A stretch of 63,983 bases of DNA, filler included, from Folioceros fuciformis (taxonomy: Eukaryota): the NCBI GenBank assembly GCA_049999805.1. It is 13 parts of 13 records of this genome, joined end to end, with 100 filler letters (N's around TTAATTAATTAA, not from the genome) between each part and the next. Parts side by side here need not be neighbours in the genome. Positions count along the whole stretch, not along the records: positions 23,519 to 29,216 come from JBNGIO010001725.1; positions 29,317 to 32,163 come from JBNGIO010001727.1; positions 32,264 to 37,005 come from JBNGIO010001728.1; 10 more parts are not named here. The stretch is one strand, 5' to 3'. The position numbers and the translations under genes are program-made. Below, piece after piece: positions 23,519 to 35,468 of the stretch; the first letter of the stretch is position 1, and every line of letters starts with the position of its first letter. The notes beneath the pieces were generated by a model that saw only the letters and a program-made list of their open reading frames with translations, was not told the DNA's origin and made no database searches.

Positions 23519-26500
23519 ACGCAGACCCATCCACTGCTCGTTCAAAGAAATCTACGATGCCCCCTGAAGAGTACCTTGTCCAACTCTTTCTGCAGCTGTT
23601 TCCCTTCTCTCTGTATTGTTTCTCTCTCCTGTGCAAGTTTCAGTATGTAGTAGTTCGCCGAGCGCTCACCCCCCTCCTCAATTTGTACTCTTCGGATGAG
23701 TACCTCGTATTTTGATTGAAGCTGTGAAAAGCTAAAACGAACTGATGAGAGATCTGCCAGGGGGTTGGTACGTCCTTTTCTCATCGCCCCTGAGATCAGT
23801 CACAAACAGACCTTCTGGACATGTTGCGCAAGCTTTGTCCGCTTCATAATGAGGTGATGGAGGTCCTCCTGCAGAACCTTCAGTTCCGCTCTGTGCCGAT
23901 CTCGGCGAGATTCAATTTCTCTCTTCTGCTCTTCGAAGTTTAACTGTAGTCTTTTCTTTGTGTTCTCCATACCCGTCACCTCATCTACGCCCCTCCCCTC
24001 CCCTTCCTGTTAGTCCTAACAATCGAAGGATAGGAGCGTGCCCATGGGAGAAAGTGCACAACCTGAAGGAAATCGCCGCAATCACCTGCTTTCATGTCTA
24101 GGATTGCCTGCAAACGGTTCGCTTCCATCTGAAGCAGATCATGGGCCAGCATTTTTTCTTCCTTTTCTTTTATTAGCTTCTGCACATACACAAGACAAGA
24201 CGATTAAAGAGAGAATCCCCAAAGGTTCCTGAAGGTTTAAGCAAACACTAGGGTTTATTGGACACAGAGTTTCCACCTTCACAGCATGTAGACCCGTCTC
24301 AGATTGAAGATTGAGTTCAGCATTTCTGTCATTGCTTGTGGCAACTTTCTTTTGCATCTCCTCTTTCTTGCGATAAGCAGCTCTCAGTGCTTCGTCGGAT
24401 CTCTTCAGCTGCAATTTGATGGCCACGAGTTACGTAATGCTCAGTTTGGCACTTCTGACACAAGTCCACATCCGCTTGGTTGCCCTTCAGTTTGGTTATA
24501 ACATGGACCTCACCTGAGATAAGATAATTGCTTCCTCGGTCTTCTTTTCATCTAATTCTTTCTCAAGTTCAGCTATTTTTGCACCCGTCTCTTTTTTCTC
24601 GAGGTCAGTTCTTTCACCCCCCGCCCTGGCTACTTTTCTTTCCAGACACTGTATTTGAAATTCAGCAGCGTACAACACTTCTTCCTGCTTCATCATGCTC
24701 ATCTCTAGATGCTGGATTTGACCATTCAGAGTTTTTGACTGAGATTTTGCGCCCTCAATCTCAAAGAGCATGTTTTTCTCTGTACAGCTCAAGCAAACGA
24801 CGCGTCATCCTCGAGTCAGTTCAGGACCTGAAGACAGAAGAGAGATATTGCGGCTGAGCTTTCAAGCCCAATTGGTGAGAGCAAAAGGACGACCAGGACG
24901 CTGGACAGGGTGAATAAGAACCTGCAGGGAACCATATGGTAAGCACTTGTAAGGCAAAATTTAGAAATAGTCTATGGGGCCTAAGGCTGCTAAGCAATTA
25001 CCATGTGTACGCAGTTGGTGAAGTTTTTCAGTAAGCTGGAACTGCTTCGTCCTCAAGTCATGCACCACCTCCTTTGCAGTTTTCAAGTTCTGCTCTTCAG
25101 TCGCAAGAATCTTTGAGAGGGCCTGCATTTTCTTGTCCAGTGTGTCCAAGAGAGCAAATTCCTCTTCTAGTTTTTGGCGCATGCGCTCCAACTTCAGGGT
25201 AACAGCCTCAAGCTTGCCTTTCTTGGTCTCCAGCTCCTACAGATAACAACATGATCCAGCAGGACCGTGAGAGGGAGGAGAGTTGACGAGCTGCCAAGCA
25301 CATCAGGGGCAGAAGCCCTGGTGTAAATTCCAGAAAGGGCTAGCCTAGCTAGGGTGCCACCAGACCTCGTCCGTGTGGGACTTGATGCTCAGCTGTTTTG
25401 AAAGGTCCCGATTTGCATGGTGCACATTTGATTTCAGGAGGACCAGCTCTTCCTCAAGAACTCTTATCCTGTAACCGTGACACAAGATAGTCAGAATTTC
25501 TGGTAGGAAGCATTTGTAAACAGCGCCTGAAGATTACTGGTCATTTTCCAAGTGTTGCGAAACATTCACAGCTTAGTCAGGTGCAAGCAGAGGTGTGCAG
25601 CAACTTTCTGAGAAAGCACGAGAACCTGACCCAGCAACTTCTTTTCTGAACCGCTCCCGCTCCCGTCCAAGTGCCTCTTCTGCCATGGAGGTGCTGGTTT
25701 TCACATCAACCTGCAGCGGACAGCTCGTCAGGTAGCATTCACGGGCAAGTTAACTCTTCACGAGCGGAAGAGCATTTGCAAGGGCAGCGATTACCTACAT
25801 CGTTTTCCACCTCGTTTTGCAAGTCCTTGGCAAGGACATCAAGTTCGACTTTCTTCCCCCGCAGACGCACTTTATTTTCGGCATACTCCTCAGCTGCTTT
25901 GTGAATCATATTATCTCTTTTATGTATAGCCTCTACTGCATCCTCCCATAACCTAACCAGTTTCTGCCTCTCCAGATGCAGATCCCTGCACCAAAACCAT
26001 GACGTCCTTAAGCTAAGCCACATCCAACAACAAAAGAAGAGGAACCCAACCAGGCCCGATAAAAGCAGACCTGAAATCTTGTGCCGTTTTGTCCAGTTGT
26101 ATTTGAGCAGCCTGAGTAGCTGTCACTTCTTCAGCCAGTTGCTTTTCAACAGCGGAGAAATCAATCGCAATCTTCTCCTCTTCCATGTGCAGCTCCATCA
26201 GGCGAGTATCGTCCATCTTGGTGTAAGCCTCAACAGCTTCATTGTCATCATTCTTTTGTTTTGCAGCCTCAGACCACTGTTCGAGCTCCTCCTGCTCTCC
26301 TCCTGATGTGCATAATTAGGCAATGACGAGCGTGCCTGGCTCATGAAAACCTAACTATCTGCGGAATTCCTTCGTGGTCTCGAGCAAGGGGATTCTAAGT
26401 CAAAAAGCCGCTCAAAGAAGAGGAAACCAACCTGATTCCAGTGCATGAGAAGTCGAAATTGATCCATTTTCTCATTCGCTCGGAATATCGCAGTCCTGAG

Positions 26501-27487
26501 TGCTCGTAGACGGTCTACCATCTCTTCTGAATCCCTCTCTATTTTCGTCACCTCCCTCTGATAGCAAGACATGGACGAAGCACATGTCACGGGTACCATT
26601 CACGCCACTTACCACGATTTGGTGACGCCGATGCGGGGCCAACCTGAAGACGACCAGCCTCCATTTCTGCAATCTTCCTCAGGTGTTCTTCTGTACTAGT
26701 CTCCCTTCGTCTTACATCGACTCTGCATTCGGTGTAGTATATTTCTTGCTTAACTCTTTTCATATGCTCCTCCATGATGGTGGTCCTATCATCTTGGTTC
26801 TCCACAGCTTCCTAACCTTCCAGATCACAATACTTGTCAATCCTGGTGTGAAGGACATTACTGCCATCCCTTAGACAAAACACTGGCGAGCCACTCGATG
26901 AGCGTTGTCGACAGAGTAAGAGATACCTGCAGTGCCAGCAACTGCTTCTCCAACTCGATCACTTCCTCATTAAGCCTCTTGTTCTCCTCGTTAGCAAAGG
27001 CAGGCAGAAATGACAGGGCTATCTCCTTCTCCTTGAGCGCCTTCCTGCCTGCCTCCTCATCATGCTGCTCCAGGTCCTTCTCTTCCAAGTCCGCCATTTC
27101 CTGCATCCTTCGCTCGATGGTCTCCATTTCCCGCATTTTTTCCTCAATTTCCTCCATCTCCCTCATTTTCACTTCCATGCTTTCGACTTCCCTCATTTTG
27201 TCCTCAATCTCTTCTCTTGCTCGGAGTTGTTCCACCTTGTCGTGCCTGGCCTGGGCCTGGGCCTGGGCATGGGCTTGGGCCTGGGCCTCGGGATGGGCAT
27301 GGGCATGGGCCTGCGTATGGGTTTGGGGCTGGGTCTGGGTCTGGGTCTGGGCTGCCGTTGATGATTCTCCTTCCTCCTCCTTTCCCTTGTTAGGTGGAGC
27401 CTTTCCTTCCTTGGGCTTCACCGACTCCTGCCCCTCCGTCTGCTTGGCTGTAGGAGGGGCGGCCGGCGGATAGTCGTCATCCCCCAT
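23519..27487 (-). CDS. CCDC39: Coiled-coil domain-containing protein 39 (axonemal 96-nm ruler, FAP59), multi-exon, 3'-truncated
   Basis: LPAFANEENK; IFRANEKMDQFRLLMHWNQ|EELEQW; QAAQIQLDKTAQDFR|DLHLERQ.LV..W; LYAAEFQIQ.LERKVARAGGERT; YY..K.AQERE..QREG..L. Confidence 0.9.
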
Positions 27488-27637
27488 CTTTTAGTTGCTT
27501 GCCAGGGCAGACGAGATGAGGTCTGGCCCAGGAAACAGCTGCTTTGCCGTGTGTGTGTTGCAGCTAACATGGATGGGAAGGACCCACCACGAACGGGCTT
27601 CTGCGCAGAAGCCTGCCCAGTCACATAGTTGGATGCA

Positions 27638-27699
27638 AGGAACAAGATGCGGTCGGCTGGACGAAAACGGAACAAGATGCGGTCGGCGGGAGGAAAACG
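27638..27699. repeat. 30-bp tandem duplication upstream of CCDC39
   Basis: ggaacaagatgcggtcggc..ga.gaaaacg x2. Confidence 0.8.
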
Positions 27700-29316
27700 A
27701 CACACCACTTGTTGCTGGCGGGACAGAATCAATCCATGGACCCTATACATATATGTACGCTTGTGTCACAAGCTTGACGAAGTAAAAGTCGGTTGCCGGT
27801 CTCAACACCTTTGGAAGCAACAGCACAAGTTCAGCCACGTGACATTATTTTTTCCCGTCCTTTTATAATGTTTACGTAGGTGCATGTCTTTAATGCACCC
27901 ATGTCTTAAGCCATAGAATACTCCTGGAAACAGGGCCAACCAACCCATCAACACTGCGCATCCATAATTCTATTTACTTCTCTTAAAATAATTATATTTT
28001 ATTTATTTTGTCGGTGCTTTAAGATCATAGTTAATCTAGGATTCATTCCATCCACATCTATAACAAAATAAGTAGAACATCAACGCTCCTCTCCCTCTTC
28101 ATACCTACCCATATGACGGAAATGCCTCATTTTTTTGGTCTTGTGCTTACCTAAGGTATCTATCTGCATTTAGCTTTGTGTTTGTCTTTTGTTTAGCTGA
28201 GAACCTCACTAACCACTTGGCTATTCCTTGTTGTACGAAATGATGAACCATAACCATAATGGAAGTCCCATATTTCTAGCCTTCCAGGAACTTGGTGTGT
28301 AAAATGAACCATTCCTTGTCAATCTATATCATCTTCTAAGTTAGTCCTAAACTATACTTGCTAAAGTATGCTAAGTTCATGCAGTTGGAATCATAGCATT
28401 ATGTGGAATCATAGCATCATAATGACCTAACATTAGGCGGAGGAATATTTATGTATTAGAGTAAAAGTGAGAGGGAGAATCTCATCTAAACAAGGACAAC
28501 CCAATGGTTTGAGAGAAAAGGATCAACTAAGCTGATGAAATGAGGACCATCCAGCCAAGGACACGTAGGTTGTTTCCCCCATGGTTTGTTCTTCTTCTAG
28601 TTGTGGAGTGGATCAGGTTTTTCCTCTCTCTTTCAAGATAAAATCAATCTCCACATACCTTAATCCTATCCTCACAAGAAAGAGTGAGCAAGTGTGGCCC
28701 TAATGCTAACCTCAATTCCAAAGACTAGGATGAAAAGATGATTACTTTAGGCTAGGCTGGTTACAATATTCTCAAAGTACAAAGCTCTATTGTATTGTAG
28801 TGTGTTGTCCTTCTTTGAGGCTCTAAGCTCAGCCTCATCATCACTCATTTTATATTATTAACTGGATGGGCTGCTTGCCTCATGCTTGACTCTTCCCTAA
28901 TTAAATATGTGTGGAAATAATATTATAGTTTTTTTATGATGACTCAGTGAATTTGTAAGGTGGAAACAAGTACATACAATGAGGAGGGGAAATGATATAA
29001 GAGTGATTTTTGAAATCTTAAGATGGGAATCTTTGGAAGACTCAATCTTGATGGAGAGAGGGAAGGGCAGGGCATGCACGGCATGTACATTTTTTTTGAA
29101 GTTCGCAAGGAGTACATAATAAGTGCAAGAGAAGAGAAGGGAAGGGAAGGGAAGAGACGGGAAGAGAGGAGACGGAGAGGCGAGGGAGAGAAAAGGTCGC
29201 CATCCTTAGAGACGAGNNNNNNNNNNNNNNNNNNNNNNNNNNNNNNNNNNNNNNNNNNNNTTAATTAATTAANNNNNNNNNNNNNNNNNNNNNNNNNNNN
29301 NNNNNNNNNNNNNNNN

Positions 29317-29378
29317 GGATAAGTGTGGCCACTAAAGGTGGAACCCATTGGCAATCAGTGCCCGGGGTTTTGCCTCCA
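29317..29378 (+). mobile_element. Terminus (..CA) of an LTR-like element nested in Copia
   Basis: 59/62 identical to the reverse complement of 40759-40820; similarity stops exactly at CA. Confidence 0.75.
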
Positions 29379-31649
29379 CATGTCCCCAAGGCATTAAGAA
29401 GGAAGTTCGACCCAAAGGCTGTAAAATATACCTTTATTGCTTATTTGGAAGGAATCAAGGGTTATAAATTGTTTGATCCTTCTACTAAGAAGCTTCTCTA
29501 TGCTTGCAGCGTCACTTTTCATGAACATTCCCTATTTTCATCTTCAATGGGAGATGTTTTGGCTCCTCACCTTTCATCTAAAGATATAGAATCTGAATGT
29601 TCTTCCTTTGATGCTAGTGACTATATTGTGGATTTTCCTGATCCTGCTCTCCGACTTCCCTGCGATGGACCTGTCATGTAGGAGGAGGAATTAGGACCTG
29701 AACGGCGTCCTGACACACCCACATCCGACACCGACACACTGGAGGAGGAGGAGCAATTTCCACATTCATCTGATCGCATTGAGGCCATTTCGGAAAATGC
29801 AGTACCTCCTGTTCAAGAAGACAATGATCAGTTGGAAGCTGATGATGTTGAAGAAATGGACATGAAGATGGACTCTTTAGAACATGAAGATGAACCAGTT
29901 CCTGTGGAAGATACACCTGTACCAAGGTACAACCTTAGATCACGTCCACTAATCTCCGGCCCTGCTGGTTGGAAAGAACCTCCTTTGGGATATCTTGCTA
30001 TTTTTCCTGATTCTAACTTTCCTGAGTCTCTTTATAATCAAGTTGTGTATGCAGCCACTGTAGACTTAGAAGAGCCTCTTACCCTAAATCAAGCCTTCTC
30101 CTCTCCCTCCAAACATCTATGGAAGGTAGCTGTAGACTCAGATTATAATTCCCTTATTAGTAATTCTACATGGAAATTAGTTGAACCTCCTAAGGGTAGA
30201 AAAATAGTAACCAGCAAATGGGTATTTAAGATAAAGAGAAAAGGAGATGGATCGGTGGAAAGGTATAAAGCACGTCTAGTTGCTAGAGGTTTTACTCAAG
30301 CCCCTAGACTAGACTACATACCTTGGGCCACTCATGCTCCTGTAGCTAAGTTTGCTACTCTTCGTATGATTTTCGCTATATGTGCCCAGTATGGTCTTGA
30401 ACTTCATATGATGGATGTGAAGACAACATACTTGTATGGGTGCTTGAAAGAAGAAATATACATGAAGCAACCTGAGGGTTATGAGGTAAAAGCAAAGGAG
30501 CATTTAGTATGTAAACTCATTAAGGGCATATACGGACTCAAGCAATCGGGCAAGAATTGGAACTTGACTATCCACGTACAACTCTTGAACAAGGGATTTA
30601 AGCAAAGTAAAGGTGATGCTTGCTTATACATTTATCTTAAGGGAAATGATATATTTTACCTTTTACTATACGTCGATGACGTTTTTATGGCAACAAACTC
30701 TCTCATTCTCCTAGCTGAGATAAAAGCATGGCTTCGGACATTATATGAGATGACTGACCTAGGAGAAATGAATTATGCACTTGGAGTAAATATTATCCGT
30801 GACAGGAGTAATAAAAAGTTGAGCATAGTTCAAACCAAGTATATAAAGGAGAGTTTAGCAAAGTTTGGAATGGAAGATGCAAAGCCTGCACCCACACCTT
30901 TTGCTAGTGGCATCTGGCTTACTTCCGATATGAGTCCTAAGAGTGCTCAAGAGAAATTGGAAATGGCATCTGTCCCATATCGACATGCTGTTGGCACTCT
31001 CATATATTTAAGCAATTTTACTGGACCTGATATTTCTTTTGAAGCCAGCTCTTGTTCAAAGTTTTTGGAGAACCCTGGACATCAACATTGGATGTCAGTT
31101 AAGCGTATTTTCTGTTACCTTAAAGGGACTATGCAAACACGACTGACATTTAAGCATACACCAGCAATCAAAACATTAACACTTACGGCATATGCCGATG
31201 CTGATTATGCTGGTGACCCTGATACACGAAAATCCGTATCAGGTTGTGTTTTACTTCTCGGAGGAGCTCCAATATCATGGTCCAGTAAGAAGCAGCCTAC
31301 CATTGCCTTAACTAGTACTGAGTCTGAATATCGAGTACTAACCTCTGTTTCCAAGGATATTGTATGGTCTAGGCTAGTCTTAAGTGAACTTAATCACCTT
31401 CAGCAAAAACCAACACCTCTCTTTAGTGATAGTCAGGGCGCCATAGCACTTGCTAGAAACCCTGTTTTCCATTCTAGAACTAAACACATAGCTGTTGAAT
31501 ATCACTATATCAGAGAAAAATTGGAAGATAACACTATAGTTATCACTTATATATCAACACAAAACAATCCAGCTGATTTATTAACAAAGTCATTAGGGAG
31601 AGATCTACATTTAAAACACATGAAAATGTTAGGAATTCAAGAGGTTTAA
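29379..31649 (+). mobile_element. Ty1/Copia pol 3' part (integrase SH3/GKGY region, RT, RNase H)
   Basis: KFDPKA...KGYKLFDP; SKWVFKIK...RYKARLVARGF; MDVKT; YGLKQS; YVDD; YADADYAG; DSQGAI; RTKHI; ADLLTK. The RT-RH ORF 29832-31649 is open. Confidence 0.97.
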
Positions 31650-32421
31650 GACAACTAGCTAGTCTGTGTAATTGTATTTTTCCTACAGTCCACACATTTG
31701 GTCTAGCATAGTAATTTCCTCCCCTAACTCTATGTAGTCTTCACTGTACTCCTTATCTTCTCTCTCTAATGCCCAGAAGGATCCTGCAACTCTCCATGGG
31801 TTATACAGTGAAAATGATGAAAAGATAGTACTTAAGTGGTTAGGTTACTTACTGTACAAGTGTTTGGTGTCTCCATCATATTCTTCACATGGGAAAGCAC
31901 CTAACCACATCTTCTTGATTCCTCTTTTTTCACATATACACTATGTAGGAACTTCATGGTCATCCTTTCTTACAAGCAACACCAAGTAGGTTGCCTTATA
32001 CAAATTTCCAGCTGGTAGGTAGGAACTAGGAATTTTCCTTTGTCTCTCTTGAGTAGGTCGTACGGATATGGCAAATCTCACATGGCTTGTGCCCACACTC
32101 TTATCTACACTTGCACAATAGAAGAAAATATCCTTAGGAAAATGTTAGTTCACTTTACCTGTTNNNNNNNNNNNNNNNNNNNNNNNNNNNNNNNNNNNNN
32201 NNNNNNNTTAATTAATTAANNNNNNNNNNNNNNNNNNNNNNNNNNNNNNNNNNNNNNNNNNNNTGGTACGGGAGAGTGGGCTTCTCGCAGGTCTATGCTC
32301 ATTCATTCACGTAAGGGAGAATGGAGTGGCTGTTGCCGGCAAGCAACAGCCACCTTGACCACCTCCTCAAACGAAACGTACTTGGACTGCACTGAAAAGA
32401 ATGGAGCTATGGTTGCACGGT

Positions 32422-34344
32422 TCAAGAGGAAATATTCCAAGCAGCCGGCCATCCTTCAAGATCCCTGGAGGAGAGCCAGTACCAATCTTTCTTCTGAAGG
32501 CCATAGAAGGAGCAGACCGTGGGACATCCAGGTTGCTCCAGAATCGGTTTCTCCTCTTTGATCATGCAGTCAGGCCGCTCGTTTCTGGCATACACGAAAA
32601 CTTTCGTTGCAGCACCCCACGGACACATGTGCTCGGCCCTGGGCTTTTCCACCAAATGCGCATCCTCGAGGAGGTTGTGGTACTTGACCAACAGTACTGC
32701 GAATGCCAGCATCCGGCCTTCTGGAGTACAGATCCACCCTACCTCGTCCCGTGCATTCTTCACCACCTGCTGCATCTCTGTGTCATGTTGCTGCATGTAC
32801 TCAACAGTTTGCACCAGGTCCTGCAAGCTGTGGAAAGGAAACACGCAGTGGTGTGAGAATCGACAGCGTTCGGCGAGCCCAGCAGACGGTGGAGGATTGC
32901 TCGCCCACGCTTTTGTGGTCTGCTACTCACTTGTGCTTCACTTCCACGAAATGCCGACCCCGTTTCAGCAGCGGGTCGAAGAACTGGAAGAAAGGGGAGC
33001 TCTGGCGGACAACCACCCTGTCGGTGGCCATGACTCCGCACAATCGGGTGGTCCCCAGGCTTCCATCAACGATAAGCTCGTACTTGAAGGCGCTCTTCTC
33101 CGTGAAGTTGAGCCGAGGAGCAAGTTCGATCGAATCCCGCTTCATTTGGAACACACTGCCGGGCATGGTGTGGCTCCATCTCGAAATGCGAGCATCCAGG
33201 AGGTGGGGGAACGCGTCGCTCATTCTGTGAAGCTTCACCCGCGGGTTGCTCCCCCAGTTCCCGAACTGCATGTCGAAGTTGGTGGTAGCACCCCTGAACA
33301 CCAGCTTGGATATCTTTTCCTCCCATCTCCTCTCCCGGGAGCTCGCGAGCTCCGCCTCTGTAGGCATGTAAGTATCTCCCCAGTCCAGAAAGTCCGGCAC
33401 CAGCACATCCGTGTTCAGATCCGTGAGATGGTTGCTGAGAATGAGGTAATTGGAAATCTGGGTGGCGGTGAGGAACATTGTGCGGGATCCCAAGGGGTGG
33501 TCACACGTATTGAAAAAGAACTCCATTTTGAAGCTCTTGAGCTCATACTTGTCGATGGTGAGCTGCAAGAAGGTGACGAAATCGTTGGCCCGGTTGAGCC
33601 GCCACGGCAGGCTCAGCACCTGCCCGTACCTGAAGTAGACGACTCCACCCACAACCCGCACATGCAAGCAGCAGGACATTACGCTGGACGTGGCAGCAGC
33701 CTCTCTCACTGTGGCCACCTTCCAGCCCTTCCGAGGTGCCCCAAATCCCCATGTCACCCCCGCCACCGCCTGCCATGGCTCCAGGTAGAACCTCACCAGC
33801 TTTGTCACCAGCCGCAGCCTCTGGTCCGAGAAATCGAAATGGGGGCTGGCTGCCGAGAGCTCCTCCCGATCCGCAGCTCGGATCAAGGTTCTGTTCACCC
33901 GGTGCCACAGCAGATCCGAATACGTATACCGGGGACCATACTGCTCACCACCGCCGTCACGATGCGTCTCCACCCTGCGCGCACCACCCTTTCCAGCAAA
34001 GACGCCACACCTGCGGCACAACCTTCCCGGTGTAAGCGCCCGAGCAACACGGGCTCCGGATTCATCTAGCATAGAATCTACCAAATGCAGCCAATTGCAA
34101 TTGCAAGGCGGATGGATATGGGATGCAGAACAACACACTGGGTCTGGTCGGGGATTGCCTCATCCCACGCCTGCAGCGCGGATCTCTGGAAGGCGCAGCT
34201 CCGGTGCACCACAACCATCAAGCAGGCCACAGCGCCTGCCAATGCAACGATGTACAGGAGGAAGGGCCGCACAAGTCCTAGACTCGTTACACTCAGTCTG
34301 GATAGAAGCTCCGAGTCGGGTGACGTGATCCCCGATTTCACCAT
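32422..34344 (-). CDS. Glycosyltransferase family 90 (CAP10-like), type II membrane protein; intron 32930-32828; first splice near 34135-34078 uncertain
   Basis: W..K..KLVFRGATT, FKYELIVDG, F.PLLK...HFVEV..|LQDL...VEY...HD; N-terminal TM segment FLLYIVALAGAVACLMVVV. Confidence 0.8.
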
Positions 34345-34625
34345 GCTCCACACAGCTGCAGATCATGGAACTGCGAACCCTGGGGCCAGGCCAAGGAAGC
34401 TGCGCCCGCATCGGCAGCTGCGAAGCAGGCAGAACCAGGGCTTCGATCTGCCGGCGGCTGGCCTTGCTCATGAGGGGCCAACGTGATACCAGCGTCACTG
34501 TGCAGGGCCGGAGACGTCCTAACGGCCTGACCCACCAAACAGCAAATTGATCCTCATCAAAAGTGGAGTGGTTAGGTTCCATCGTTTTATAGAATTTTCA
34601 ATTTGGTAGGGTCGACTGTTGTCAC

Positions 34626-34640
34626 AGGGTTTAGGGTTTT
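34626..34640 (-). promoter_or_regulatory. Telo-box (AAACCCTA) tandem in the GT90/RPL23a divergent promoter
   Basis: agggtttagggtttt about 180 nt upstream of a ribosomal protein ATG; telo-boxes are typical of plant r-protein promoters. Confidence 0.6.
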
Positions 34641-34813
34641 ACTAACACTTCGGTGCTGTGTATTCTTCTTGTTGTCAATTTTCACACGATATCTGGTTGG
34701 TGGCAGGGATTAGGGTTAGTTACCTCGTCGAGAGACCGGGTGTCAAAATCTTGTGTTGCATCACGGCAGACAAAGAGGAGCGCAGGTATCGCCCCAAGGG
34801 AGCGGCGATCGTG

Positions 34814-35468
34814 ATGGCTCCGCTGAAAGGTTTGGACTTTAATCTCACAGGACTTCAATCTGACAGGGTTGGATGATGGTGGCTGTGCTGGGAGTGTCTG
34901 AGAGTGCATCGCATGTGCAGCTGGGAAGAATGACCAGAAGGTGCAAGCTGCGAAGGCAGCCAAGGCGTTGAAGAGTGCCGCTCCCTTGAAAAAGTGGAAG
35001 AAGGTGCGGAACTCGGTCACCTTCCACAGGCCCAAAACCTTGAAGCGGGTGCGGAAGCCCAAATACCCGAGGATCAGTGCTCCACCGAGGGAACGGCTGG
35101 ATCACTACCGGGTGCTGAAGTATCCCTTGACCACTGAGTCAGCCATGAAGAAGATCGAGGAGAACAACACTCTCGTCTTTATTGTGGATGTGGCAGCTGA
35201 CAAAGCGAAGATAAAGGCTGCGGTGAAGAAGATGTATGAAATTCAGGCCAAGAAGGTCAATACGCTCATCAGGTGTGTGTCCCATACCAGTTTTCACTTT
35301 GTGTTTCGGATGCATGCAGCTTGACTTGCGAACATGGAGAGTTAATTTGACATGAATATGGTGGATTGTTCCTCTTTCTGTAGGCCTGATGGGAAGAAGA
35401 AGGCCTACGTAAGGCTCACGTCGGATTACGACGCGTTGGACGTGGCAAATAAGATAGGCATCATTTAG
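34814..35468 (+). CDS. RPL23A: 60S ribosomal protein L23a (uL23); exons 34814-34829, 34921-35272, 35384-35468
   Basis: [65 protein letters not shown]. Confidence 0.98.

Noticed and set aside
32519-34069. 516-aa plus-strand ORF
   Set aside because: Antisense shadow of the GC-rich GT90 gene; no motifs.
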